From positions 13,888,001-13,952,000 of the forward strand of contig OX597830.1 of NCBI GenBank assembly GCA_951406725.2: a DNA stretch of 64,000 nucleotides. The letters are read 5' to 3'. Below, piece after piece: positions 41,345-55,116 of the stretch (its first letter is position 1; each line of letters starts with the position of its first letter). The position numbers and the translations under genes were made by a program. This DNA is from Octopus vulgaris (Eukaryota). The notes beneath the pieces are model-generated. The model made no database searches and was not told the DNA's origin. It saw only the letters and a program-made list of their open reading frames with translations.

Positions 41345-41730
41345 GTTTCGTAAAAGATGGAAGTCTATAGCAAGTATGTTGCGAGTGAAAGAACCTGTTT
41401 AATCGAGAATGTAAAAAAGGAGAAAGCAAAGTCTTCAGTGTGAGTATGTGGTTTGTGGGGTCAACCACGTCCCCCGCTTCATTTTTTGTTAATCACTCAT
41501 TCTCATTTAATTGTATATATTTTAATTGTTTGTTTATTCATATGTTTCGTCTCATTCGATACCCTGACCCCAACGTTTGTTTTGTCCCTTCTTTTTCTCA
41601 ACCTTATGGTGAATAAAGAAATACTCTCTCTCTCTCTCTGTTACCACCTGTGACCTCTACAGGTTACGCTTTGACGTATTTTAAGCTGCTGCACTAAATC
41701 CTGTTTTAAAAGCAGAAGCATGTAATAGAA

Positions 41731-41940
41731 CGGTGAGCTGGCAGAATCGTTAGCACGCCGGGAAAAATGCTTATCTGCATTTCGTCCGTTTTTACGTTCT
41801 TAGTTCAAATTCCGCCGAGGTCGACTTTGTCTTACATGCTTTCGGGATCGATAAAATAAGTACCAGTTGAGCACTATGGTCGATATAATCGAGTTACCTC
41901 TATCCTGGAATTGCTGGCCTTGAGCCAAATCTTGAAAGCA
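41731..41940 (+). mobile_element. SINE family A, older copy with a different 3' end
   Basis: GGTGAGCTGGCAGAATCGTTAGCACGCC..TTCAAATTCCGCCGAGGTCGACTTTG..AAGTACCAGTTG. Confidence 0.85.
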
Positions 41941-42162
41941 ATATCAGAAATATGTAACTGGGTTTGACTTCTCAGCAGCGGTTTCACTGAGCAGCGGAGA
42001 AAAACAAAATTCCGACAACATTAGTTTTCAAAGTAAACGTGGAATTACCACAAGTACTATAAGTAAATATTGTTGTTACTGGTAACTCTTAACTTCTTCT
42101 CAATGGTCTGCCGTGTGAGTTAAAATGTAAAACGTGATAGAACCTTGGCGTTATTGGTGTTG

Positions 42163-42545
42163 GTGGAGGCGCAATGGCCCAGTGATTAGGGTAGCGGACT
42201 CGCGGTCGTAGGATCGTGATTTCGATTCCCAGACCGGGCGTTGTGAGTGTTTATTGAGCGAAAACACCTAAAGCTCCACGATGCTCCGGCAGGGATGGTG
42301 GTGATCCCTGCTGTACTCTTTCACTACAACTTTCTCTCACTCTTACTTCCTGTTTCTGTTGTACCTGTATTTCAAAGGGCCGGCCTTGTCACTCTCTGTG
42401 TCACGCTGAATATCCCCGAGAACTACGTTAAGGGTGCACGTGTCTGTGGAGTGCTCAGCCACTTACACGTTAATTTCACGAGCAGGCTGTTCCGTTGATC
42501 GGATCAACCGGAACCCTCGTCGTCGTAACCGACGGAGTGCTTCCA
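42163..42545 (+). mobile_element. tRNA-derived SINE family C, full length, perfect 11 bp TSD
   Basis: TGGCCCAGTGA A-box-like and TTCGATTCCC B-box; flanked by TATTGGTGTTG at 42152-42162 and 42546-42556. Confidence 0.9.
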
Positions 42546-43733
42546 TATTGGTGTTGAAAGTGAGTACCGCTTTGCTGGAAAGAAGAAAGTACGAAGGGAA
42601 TTGCAACGAAAACTTCTGGCACGCTCGAGCGGTGGGGCTGTTTGTGTATTTTCTGACAGTATGGTGAAACTATGTTATTTAGATCTAAGGGATGGCAGAG
42701 GAGAGGATGTTTAAGCAGGCATCTGACGAAGGAGATTACTAAGCAGAGTATGAACTTCTCTGCTGATGCGAAATGTGAATTTTTTCGTTACTTTCCTCAA
42801 TGACAAGGGACCAATCAGCAGACGTATATGGCATAAGGGGGCTTGTAGATTTGGCTTTATACGAACCTTATTGTTGATCATTATTAATGGATAGGGTTCA
42901 AAGTGATAGAGTAGATTCTTAATAGTCATCTCCACCACATATGTGATGGGGTAAGTTAGAGCCAAAAGTAACAAATCGCAAAGGTTTGAATAAGCCGTCA
43001 TATCAATTTGAGGTTTTCAAAATTCCTATTATGATTTTGTAATTAAATATTATTAGGAATATTCTATAAAAATTGTTGAAATACTTTGTGTATTGTCGAA
43101 CTATAACCAATTTATTGCGCGTAAATTTTAACAGCAAAATCTTATATGGGCCCCCAACACCCAGGTTTAATGGGCCCGGATTGAGAAGCACTGGTTTAGA
43201 GCGTCAGAAAAGCGGTCGCTTTCCAGTATCTGTTCCTGTTCTTTATGTTCTGAATTGAATTCCTATCGAAGCCAACTTTTGTCTTTTATCGTCCTGGGGA
43301 TCGATAAAATAAAATACCAGTCATGTACTTTACGGACTTAATCGATTAAGTGTAGCCTTCCGAAACTTCTTGTCGTGTCATGGATTTCTAAAACATTCTT
43401 AATGTTTGTGGCATATTTATTTAGCTTGCTCTAAAATCTTCGAGGAATCTATGGACGTTATGCAAACCTATTTTCCAATCTTTTATAAATCTGAAGCCTG
43501 AAATCTATCAAGCGAATTAATTATACTATTACAGCGCTGGTTGGCTAAAGGACTCGGAGAAATAGGAATAAGTGGTATTGACGCCTTGCTCAATGACACT
43601 AGCTGTGAAGGGTCCCTGGCTCCCTAATGTTCGTAAAATATGTCAATAGCTCCAATATTAACTGCTCATCGGTTTTTGTGACTTTGCAAAATCCCTGGAC
43701 GCATCACATTCCTCCAAACCGACCAAATATAAT

Positions 43734-43827
<94 letters not shown>

Positions 43828-44028
43828 AATTATGAAGTTTAGAAACGTTGATAATTGTAAATGCAACGGTGAGATAATGGGGAAAAGTAGAATAGACACA
43901 CACATACACAAACACACACACACACACGCACACATATATATACACACACACACACAAGTAAACTCACACATGCACATTACATGAACGTATATACATTAAC
44001 GCACTCACTCGCATAAAAGAGAAAGTGA

Positions 44029-44064
<36 letters not shown>

Positions 44065-44289
44065 TATCCGCTGAGTGTGATAAATATAACATCTAACCAT
44101 TTACATATCTCTAATGAGGCAATATATCGGTAGGTGGGGGTGCGGGTGAGGTAATTATATTACAGACTTCTAAAACAATTATAAAACCAAGAATGTTTAC
44201 AATATGATAAATGAAGAATTTGTTTTCTCGTTGCGAAGACATTGATAACAATATCGATAATAATAATGTGGCAGCTGCTGATTGCGATG

Positions 44290-44291
44290 TC

Positions 44292-44374
<83 letters not shown>

Positions 44375-44665
44375 GCAGGAGGAGGTGGAGGAGGATGATA
44401 ATGACGACGATGAAGACGACGACAATGTTTATAATGATGATAATGATGATGATGATGATGATGATGATGATGGTGGTGATGATGATGATGATGATGATGA
44501 TGATGACGATGATGATGACGACGATGATGATGGTGACGACGATGATGATGATGATGATGATGAGCAGGAGGAGGTGGAGGAGGATGATAATGACGACGAT
44601 GAAGACGACGACAATGTTTATAATGATGATAATGATGATGATGATGATGATGATGATGATGGTGG

Positions 44666-44698
<33 letters not shown>

Positions 44699-44817
44699 CG
44701 ATGATGATGACGACGATGATGATGATGACGACGATGATGATGATGATGATGATGAGGAGGTGGAGGAGGATGATAATGACGACGATGAAGACGACGACAA
44801 TGTTTATAATGATGATA

Positions 44818-44848
<31 letters not shown>

Positions 44849-44913
44849 CAATGACGGCGACAACAACGACGATAATGTTTATGATGAAGATGATGATGAT
44901 GATAATCATGAAC

Positions 44914-44969
<56 letters not shown>

Positions 44970-46600
44970 GACGACGACGATGATGATGGTGTTGGTGGCG
45001 GTGGTAGTGATGATGTTAACGATATTTACAACACTGATGATGATGATGATGATGATGATGATAGTTCTGTTGCTCGTAATGTTATTGTGTTGGTGGTGGT
45101 GTCGATGATGACGCCGATGCTTGTAATGATGATGATGGAGGTGGTGACGACAGCCGTAGTTCTGTTGGCGCCATTGGTGGTGCTGCAGCAGGGGCTGGCT
45201 TATGGCGATACTCTAGATGAAGGCAATGTTGAGACTACTACTACAGTTGCTACTGCTGCTGCTGCTGATGATGATGATGATTGTGATGATGATTGTGATG
45301 ATGATTGTGATGGCAATGTGAACAATGATGGTGGCGGTGGCAACGACGGTGATGGATGCGTGTGGCGAGGGTGGTGTTGGGGGTGATGGCGCTGGGGGAT
45401 GAGGCAGAACTGATGCTGTTGTTGCTGAATGATATTAGGGTTTCAGATGAAGATGCTGGAAGTGATGCTTATGATTATATTCATGATCATGATAACGATG
45501 TTGCTGCTGCTGCTGCTGATGATGATGATAATGATGATGATGATGATGATGATGATGATATTATCATCATGACAATAATGGTAGTAAATATGATGGTGAC
45601 GACGGTGATGACGACTACGACAATGATGATGACAGTTAAGATGATGATTATGATGATGATGATGATGTTGGTGATGATGATGACGACGACTACGACGACG
45701 ACGTTGGCCGTGTGGGTTGAGGTGTTGGCGTTGGCGTTGGTGGCAGTGCCAGACCCGGTGCTGTTTAGATTTCGAACTATAAATAAAATATTAATGAGCA
45801 GGAAATGACTAAGAATGACAGTAACAACAACAACAACAACAACAAGGACGACGACTACGACGGCAATGACAACAACAATAACAACAACGACCATAGGCAA
45901 CAATAAGAAGGACAGCAACAACAATAAGCAATCAGAGTATCAACAATAAACAACAATAACAAACAACAGTAAAGGCGCATCTATCTTGAACCTTCATCAA
46001 CGGAATAATAATAGTAACAAAAGTGGGCGTCTCTTTGCGGATGTTGGAGTTGGTGATGAAGATTATGATGGGGGAATGGGGGGTGGGGTGGATGTGGAGG
46101 TGGTGATGATGGTAAAAATGTGATGGTGATGATGGTGATGATGATGATGACGACGATGATGATGATGTTGATGACGATGATGGTGATGATAATGATGATG
46201 ATGGTGGTGGTGGTGTTGTTGGTGGTGATGGTGGTGATGGTGGTGGTGGTGGTGGTTAGGATAATAATGATGAGGATGATGATGATGATGATGATGATGA
46301 TGTTGATGCTGATAAGGATTACGAAAATGACGATTATATTTGTGATAGTAATCCTTGGCTATAGCGATGAAGATGATGATGATGACGATAATGGAGATGA
46401 TAATGAAGATGATGGCGATGATGGAGATGATGATGATGATGACGATAATGGAGATGATAATGAAGATGATGGCGATGACGGAGATGATGATGATGATGTT
46501 GATGATTATGACGACGATGATGATGATGATGATGATGATGATGAGGACGATGGTTAAGATGATGATGAAGAGGATGATGGCGATTAAGATGGTGATGATG
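44290..46600. repeat. Large (GAT)n-based cryptic satellite with a ~190 bp higher-order unit
   Basis: GAGGAGGTGGAGGAGGATGATAATGACGACGATGAAGACGACGACAATGTTTATAAT recurs at ~44379, ~44568 and ~44754. Confidence 0.95.
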
Positions 46601-46854
46601 TAAAAATTGAAGGCGGGAAAGAAGAGAAAGCGTGAAGAAAATTAGATTTTAGCGGGGAGTATGAGAAAGCTGGCCATTATCTCGACGTATCAAACATCTC
46701 TCAATGTGTCTTTGATATATCACCAATAAAAATTCAGTCTCTTCCTTGCCGAACGTTCTTTCATTCCTTTCATAGCGCTATCTTTTTCCTCTGCAACTTT
46801 TCACTTGCTTTTAGTTGCTCTTTTATTCGATAATATATTTTTTAAAAATTCCGT

Positions 46855-47043
46855 ATTGTTGTTGTTGTTGTTGTTGTTGTTGTTATTATTGTAATCGCCG
46901 TTGTTGTTGTTGTTGTTGTCGTCGTATTGATATAGTTGGCGCTCCCGCAGTTGTTACCCGTATTATTATAATTGTTATTTTTGCTGTTGTTGATTCTACA
47001 GCCATATCCCATTGTTATTCTTATTGTTGCTGTTGTTGTTGTT

Positions 47044-47074
<31 letters not shown>

Positions 47075-47280
47075 TTGTTGCTGCTAGTGTTTTGTCAGAT
47101 ACGTTTTTCATTGTTCCCGTTGTTGTTTTAATTGTTGTTCTTTTAATTATTTTGATTGTTTTAGTCGTTGCTTTGCCGCCGCTTTTGAGTTGCCACGTTT
47201 TTCCTCACTGCAGCTATTGTTATTGCCGCTGTTATTGTTGTTGCTGCTGCTGTTGTTGTTGTTGTTGTTGTTGTTGTTTC
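46855..47280. repeat. (GTT)n compound microsatellite
   Basis: Directly visible. Confidence 0.9.
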
Positions 47281-48550
47281 TACACGTGTAGATGTGATGA
47301 TGTGTTATCCATATATGTCGGTCTGCAGATTATTAATCAATAGGTGTACGTAGAATTTCTTTCTTCCATCAAATTGATATTCTAATATTAATTGTAAATT
47401 TATTTTTTTTTCTAATTAATATTTTGTTGAGGTGCTAAATTGGAACCGTTCTGTTAGTTTGCAAGTGTTGGAAATATTATTGTGACTCAATGTAAGGTAA
47501 GACACTACATTTACGAAGTGCAGGCATGGGGAGCGGCGGTGAATAAAAACAATAAAACCAACTTGGTAAAAAAATTGTATGAAAGGAAATATGCGGTTTT
47601 ATGTTCTCTTGGAAGTGTTTCTGAGCTGCTGTGAAACATTTAAAATTGCGGTTTGCTTTAAAGACTCATTACAAAAGATCGAATAAAACAAGGTGTACAT
47701 TGAGTTTGAAAATTATGCTTTTTAATTATGCAAATATCAATTTTGCTGATCTTCGAATATTTATTGACTATAAAATTTTTTAATGATGTTCACGATTATA
47801 TTAGATTGAACAAAGCTGTGTTTACTAAAGGGGAGGGTTATAAAATGAAATTATAATAATCGTTGGCAACATAAGTGATATAACAAACTAGGATCTCATG
47901 AGTGCTGAGTTCGAATCTGTATCAAATATTTGGCATTAAGTCATTAACGAAGCTATTTTCCCAACATTGAGAATACATGTTCGGTTGCATTCTAATTGCT
48001 TTATGTAACCAACGTTACCCAGCTCCCTTAAAATTTACAAGGACGGTATTTACGTATTTTATGGATCCGTATCGTAGCGAAAAAGCAAATCTCCTAGCAA
48101 TTTGAGTTTCAGCTGTGGTCACAATCCTGGCTCATACTCGTTTAGTTCATTTACGCTTGCAATGAAATTAAGAATACCATGAGCATCACACTTTCCATAT
48201 TTCGATTCCTAAAACAGGGATGTTGCGTCAGTTACAGAGAAAATAACATCTAAAAATAAATAAATAAATAAACAAATGAAACCTGGGCCAATCAATCTTT
48301 TCTGTAGTCACTTTCCTGTCTCCCAGAGAAAATACAGTGAGGGTCAGAAGATGGTTTATCCTTCTCTGGCTAAAGTTCAGTGAGACCAGAATCTGATCAA
48401 ACCGGATTCCTTTTTCGTATCTGTGTAGAGATAAAAAATAATGTGGTGTAGCCTCTTTACAAATATAAATATAAACTTAAATATGCGTGTGTATAGTTGT
48501 ATGTGTATTAGTTTCTATACATACATACATACATATATATATATATTTAT

Positions 48551-48980
48551 GGCTGCCCCCTCGTTATCGAGTATGGCCATTGCACGAAGCTTAATCAATG
48601 TTGTTATCGTGCAATGCCTGTGCAAGAAGATTTTTTTAAAGTGAGGAAAGGCTGTGCACTGAGTCAATCCCACTCACTAAAGCAACAGCAGCCATAATCC
48701 GAAAAGAAGAACAAGTCAACATCATCGGTAACCACTGAGCCGCAGGATTTATGTCGGAGTTATCCCTGTTACCTGAATTACCTTCTCCAAGAAGGATGCC
48801 CTAACAAAGGCTGGGAGTCCTTCACTTCCCATGGTTTAACCGCGCGATCGGGTATTCAGTCCGATTATCTCTATGTCCCCGCGCATGATACAGCCTTAAG
48901 ACATTTATTGGATGGCCGTTGACTCTCAAAAGTTCCTCCGCCCTTTGACGGGTTTTGTTTTTCATCCCGAGGGGTGTCTA
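48551..48980 (-). mobile_element. Probable non-autonomous RTE-derived element (5'UTR-like + 3'-end-like sequence, no ORF)
   Basis: Minus strand carries GGACTCCCAGCCTTTGTTAGGGCATCC..GGAGAAGG, resembling the conserved RTE 5'UTR motif; GC-richer than flanks; ends against (TA)n. Confidence 0.45.
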
Positions 48981-48983
48981 ATA

Positions 48984-49340
48984 AAATTAAAATCTAGAAC
49001 ATGGAGAAGCAGCGCTAATATTCAACATGTTCACTTACAGCTGTTTCGATTTTGCCCAAAAGAATTAGATTCCAGTAGTTAAAACATTTTATTGGGCATC
49101 ATCTCGCCAAAGGTGTAAAAGAGACATATCGTCTGTTGAAGTGTTTTGGAAGAATAACATGTAATAACCTAACGATATGTCCTTTTTACTCCTGTGACGA
49201 GATTTTGCTCAATAAAATGTTTCAATTACTGGAATTTTATTTCTTTTAGGCAAAATCGAAACAGCTGCAAGTGATGTGTTTAATTTTTGCAGTTAATAAA
49301 TTATATTAACGCTGATTCTCCATTTTCTGGATTTTAATTT
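48984..49340. repeat. Fold-back element made of two divergent hammerhead-like units
   Basis: 48984-49131 vs 49172-49340 reverse complement; each arm has NTGRCGAG-[ATTTTGC..GCAAAAT]-CGAAACAGCTG(T/C)AAGTG. Confidence 0.85.
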
Positions 49341-49509
49341 GAATATTTATAAACCAAGATTAATATTTAAACCTAATATTTTAGGAATATTACTATTAAC
49401 AACAAAACAATAGGTAACAAACTAGTAATTCATTGCATATTTTCTATCCCTTAAGGTGTTTTTCTGTTAAAGATATCTCTCTAATATATATATATATATA
49501 TATATATAT

Positions 49510-49655
<146 letters not shown>

Positions 49656-50121
49656 GTGTATATATATTTGTATATATATATATGTGTGTGTGTGTGTGTA
49701 AATATGTATATATGAACTACGGAAAATAACTAGAAGCGGTCAGTGACATGGTTATGAATAACAAATAAATACTGATACGTTGATCATAATACACAAGATT
49801 CGTTAAAAATTCTTAAAATTATTACCGCTCCTAAAGGACATACTACGACTACCAAATGGCAGTTATGACAAAGTCGACATTATAAGGGGAGATAATCTCC
49901 AGATTCAAAGATTTTCTAAAACTGACATTAAGGAAAAATGATAAGCTTATTGTCTGGAGACAGGAGAACTGTCATTACTAAGCATTTCCCGACTTTCTCC
50001 TGTACAAACTCACTTTGGAAAGAAGTCACTCTCCCCTTCTCAAGTGGAGCTGGCTATACGTGCCATTACATTAGCGCATCACCTCTCTCCTCAGATTATG
50101 TTATATATATATATATATAAA

Positions 50122-51308
50122 CAGGGAGTGGTGAATAAATTGTCGTTTAAATTACGTAAAAATGATAATAACACTGACATCTCATTTTAACAGATATATT
50201 TACCAAAATTACATAAAATTGTCTTGAAATACTAAAGAGTGAATTTATTAAATAAAATCGCCATTGGCTTCAACCACGGCCTCTCGACAACTTCAGAATC
50301 GCCTGCAACTCTTCTGGATGGTCTTCTTGTTTTAGTTTGTAAATGCTGCCATAATCCTTGCCTTCAGTTCACTTTGGTGTCGCCAGTAGTTTTGTTGCTC
50401 TCTCGCTCAGTAATCAAGGGTGTTGCAGCCTGGGGAGTTAGGCGATGTACTGTTGCCAGATATAGGGTCTTCCAGCAACCACCCTCTTGACTCAGGGAAG
50501 CACTACCTCCTCCACTTTATGTAGGCCTCCGTTTTGAATGTAAGACCGTGTGGGAAGATGAATGGAGGCATAACTTCACCATTTCCTAGGGATCATTCCA
50601 AACACCATGATGTTGACTGGCTGTTTGGTTTTTATCACTCTTGATACATGTTTTGGGGACACAGCTAGCGAACAGTTGCTCTGTGTGTTCACCATTTGAT
50701 CCTGGCAGACATTTTTCCCGCCTGAGAAAAAGCAAAGCATGTTCGGTTGGAAGGGATGCTTCAGTTTGTTTAAAAGCTCTGTAGCGCGGTCTTTCCTCCT
50801 GTCCTTGATGGTTTGGGATTTAAAAAAAACGGCCCTTTCTCAACTTGTATGAGGAATATCGAATGTTTTCATGCACTACCTGTCTGAAAAGAAACTCAGA
50901 CACTCCCACGTCTCTGGCGATGGACCTGATTGGCTTGGAGGGATTGTTGTCAATCATGGCCTGTATCTCACCAAGAAATATACTTGTACGTGCGTTTAAG
51001 TGTGTGTCAGAATGAGTTTCCCGAGCTGCAATACCTTCGTAATCACCATTAGACTCATCCAATTCTCTTTCGAATCCTCTGCACTGTCGTCAGATTGACA
51101 CACAAACACTCTGAAGTGCTCATTTTGGAGCTTCCAGCCAAGCAGTACAGCATGTCGTTTCCAAATTTCTGACAGAGTGAATTGCATAATGGTGCTTTTT
51201 TTTCTCACAGACGGTGCCCTGCTGACCCTGCTATACCGTGTAGTCGACAAAATCAACATGCGCGAAATAGGAAATATAATATGGTGACAATTTACTCATC
51301 GCATCCTA
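50122..51308 (-). mobile_element. Tc1/mariner-superfamily (maT/DD37D-like) transposon relic
   Basis: TIRs CAGGGAGTGGTGAATAAATTGTC / GACAATTTACTCATCGCATCCTA in TA context; HTH-like IRSIARDVGVSEFLFRQVVHENI, FFSGGK (FSDEK), WQQ, PNSPGCNTLDY, EAVVEANGDFI*. Confidence 0.85.
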
Positions 51309-51368
51309 TATATATATATATATATGCGCAGAAATGTCTGACGTTTTGTTCTCCTTATAGAATCTTTG

Positions 51369-51406
<38 letters not shown>

Positions 51407-51547
51407 TTTCTCCAGCTTTCTGTGTTACTAGAATTTTGTCTTCGTTCTCTTCCTAAACTCACCTCACTGTCTCTTCCTTTCTCTTACTTCTCAAATATAT
51501 ATATATAAATATATATATATATACATATACATACATACATACATACA

Positions 51548-51590
<43 letters not shown>

Positions 51591-51809
51591 TATATTTATA
51601 TGTTTGTCTTTGTATCTGCGTTTATATATATAATATATATATACGTGCCTGCCTATCTGGCTGCATGTATGTTTGTGTGTGTGTGTGTATAACAAAAATA
51701 TAAGGAAATATATACATACATATATATTTATATATTTATATATATATATATATACATACATATGAAGGACCCGAACGTATCACGAGGTAATAGAGAGAGA
51801 GAGAGAGAG

Positions 51810-51816
51810 ACCGCCG

Positions 51817-51872
<56 letters not shown>

Positions 51873-51928
51873 ACTGCTACTACTACTACTACTACTACTA
51901 CTACAACTACTACTACTACTACTACTAT

Positions 51929-51960
<32 letters not shown>

Positions 51961-52003
51961 GGTAAACATGTAAGGAATTGAAGTATAAATGGATTATTAC
52001 TAT

Positions 52004-52035
<32 letters not shown>

Positions 52036-52145
52036 TGTCTGTCTGTCTCTCTGTCTCTACTACAACTACTACTACTACTATTACTACTACTACTTATATA
52101 TATATATATATATATATATACTACTACAACTACTACTACTACTAC

Positions 52146-52176
<31 letters not shown>

Positions 52177-52410
52177 ACTACTACTACTGCTACTACTACT
52201 ACTACTACTACTAATAATAATAATACTACTACTACTACTACTACTACAACTACTACTACTACTACTACTACTATTACTACTACTACAACAACTACTACTA
52301 CTACTACTACTACTACTAATAATAATAATAATAATAATAATACTGCTACTACTACTACTACTACTACTACTACTAATAATAATACAATCTACTACTACCT
52401 ATGTGTTTGC
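51810..52410. repeat. (CTA)n/(TAA)n trinucleotide array
   Basis: Directly visible; begins and ends like the 39950-40565 array. Confidence 0.9.
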
Positions 52411-53036
52411 TTGACAAGCACTGGAATTTTATTTCTTTTAGGAAAAATCGAAACAGCTGCAAGTGATGTGTTTAATTTTTGCAGTTAATACGTTGTTCAA
52501 CAATGAAAAATAATTTATTTTTTCTTTTAAAGCTATCTCTCTCTCTCTCCCTCTCTATATATATATATATATATATATCTTATACTAAAGAGTGAATTTA
52601 TTAAATAAAATCGTAGAAGTCGTCCTTTGATGGTGTATATATATATATATAATATAGGTACTCTTCTGGATGGTCTTCTTGTTTTAGTTTGTAAATGCTG
52701 CCATAATCCTTGCCTTCAGTTCACTTTGGTGTCGCCAGTAGTTTTGTTGCAATTTCCATGGTTAAAATAGTTGGATACTTATGAGCACATATATGTTAGT
52801 TAAAAATAACACAGTATTGTTGTGTTAGTGTTGTGCACTATATTCTACGAATGCAGTATGTTATGTTTCCTTATTTTATTAAATAATGGTGCTTGCAAAG
52901 AAACAATTCATAAACGAATTTAGCTCGATACAAAGCGCATTTCAAATTATTTTATAGAAAGAATAATCGTTTTTGTTACTAATGAGAAATATGAATATTT
53001 ACGAATAGAAAGTTCTTGACTTTGGATAAAGAAAAT

Positions 53037-53190
53037 ATACAGGAGGATCAGTTAATTATGATTTTATTCAAAATACTCCCCTCTCAGGTCCACACACGTA
53101 TTACAGCGGTCCTCCAGTTCTTCTAAACCCTGTTAAAGCACTCGGAAGGTTGGGCCACCAACCAGGCCTTTCACAATAACCTTAAAGCCA
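53037..53190 (-). mobile_element. Mariner 3' end fragment
   Basis: Minus strand LEDRCNTCVDLRGEYFE*, typical mariner transposase C-terminus, next to a TACAGG terminus. Confidence 0.6.
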
Positions 53191-53563
53191 TTCTGTACTA
53201 TATTCATACATCTATATGTTTTGATTTGCGTCAGGCACACATATATATATATTTTATATTTATATGTTTGTCTTTGTATCTGCGTTTGTCCCCCCTCACA
53301 GTTTCACAACCTGTCTGTCTACGTGTCTGCCTGTCTGGCTGTATATGTGTTCTGTATGTTTCCTGTAAGAGAAAGCTTCAAGCAAAAGTAAGACACAATT
53401 AACTTTGCAGCTGAATGCTAATTATATGTATATATATATATATATGTGTATACTTTTTTTCCTACAATACTTGTAAGAATATATAAAGATGGTCAAATCG
53501 AAGAGACTCTCAAAATGGTATTTCAAACGTTTCTGATGAATGCATATAGTTTACTAATATTTC

Positions 53564-53605
<42 letters not shown>

Positions 53606-53922
53606 GTATATATATATATGTATTTATATATATATATATTGATAGAGATATATATAGATGTATGTATGTATATTTATATATACATACGCACATGCGTGTG
53701 TGTAAATGTACGAATGTTTTTATAAAACTTATGCATATGCATGTAACACAAACACATATATATACTTACTCGTGTGTGTATCGATATATGTATGTATGCA
53801 TATATGTATGTATTCATGTAACTTTATACAATGTGAAATATTTAAAATACTGCGTGTGTGTGTGAGTGTATATTTTTGTATGTTTTGCATATATATATGT
53901 ATATATATATACACAAACATAC

Positions 53923-53954
<32 letters not shown>

Positions 53955-54165
53955 GGTGGGATAGAGAGAGAAGGGCAGAGGGTAGAGAGAGAGAGAGGGA
54001 GAGAGAGGGGGAGAGGGAGAGAGAGAGAGAGAGAGGTCATCAGCAAAAATTTCTGGTTATGCACCATTTATTTCTGATCTATATATATATATATATATAT
54101 ATAAATATACATACTTATATAGGTATATTGGAGAATTCAAGTGAGGTCTTTTCGCCTGCGAGTAT

Positions 54166-54205
<40 letters not shown>

Positions 54206-54279
54206 TACCAATACAATAAATTATATTTGGTATATTTTATATGTATATATATACATATATATACTTATATACGTATATA

Positions 54280-54350
<71 letters not shown>

Positions 54351-54785
54351 ATATACATACGTTTATACGCACATACAAAACTCGCAAAACTCGATATATA
54401 TGCATGTGTTAGCATAATATTTTCTGGAGAGAACAAAGTAATAAATGTTAACGCTCTGAAAGTAGAGCTTTCTGAAAATATTTCCTCAATGATTTCCCCA
54501 GATGTATCTGGCCAACTGAATTCACTGTTTCAATAAGCCTCTCTCTTCCCAGTATGCAGTAATGCTAATTGATATTCGTTTTCCTTTAAATTTGCTTCGA
54601 TTCTCATTACGTAAAACTGTTTCACCTAAATATTAGACTACATGTAGTTGGGAAGACACAGGCAGCCACCATACACAATGCCCATGCACATACATGCATT
54701 TGCAAAACACACTCACATACACGCACACACACACACTAGGACACTCACATAACCACATGCTCTTTGCTCATAGTATATTTGACAA

Positions 54786-54904
54786 GGCGGCGAGCTGGCA
54801 GAACCGTTAGCACGCCGGGGGAAATGCGTAGCCGTATTTCGTCTGCCGTTACGTTCTGAGTTCAAATTCCGCCGAGGTCGACTTTGCCTTTCATCCTTTC
54901 GGGG

Positions 54905-54906
<2 letters not shown>
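54786..54906 (+). mobile_element. SINE family A 5' half, cut by (TCTA)n
   Basis: Near-identical to 8983-9100, then runs into the TCTA/TCTG array 54905-55135. Confidence 0.9.
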
Positions 54907-54940
<34 letters not shown>

Positions 54941-54945
54941 CTCTC

Positions 54946-55001
<56 letters not shown>

Positions 55002-55005
55002 CCTA

Positions 55006-55116
<111 letters not shown>

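Noticed and set aside
42163-42240. Functional tRNA gene (also heads at 8290, 15178, 63108)
   Set aside because: No complete cloverleaf or acceptor stem; each continues into a repeat body, one with a TSD.
42950-43203. Complete hAT MITE
   Set aside because: Only the right TIR (TTGAGAAGCACTG) is recognisable; no left TIR.
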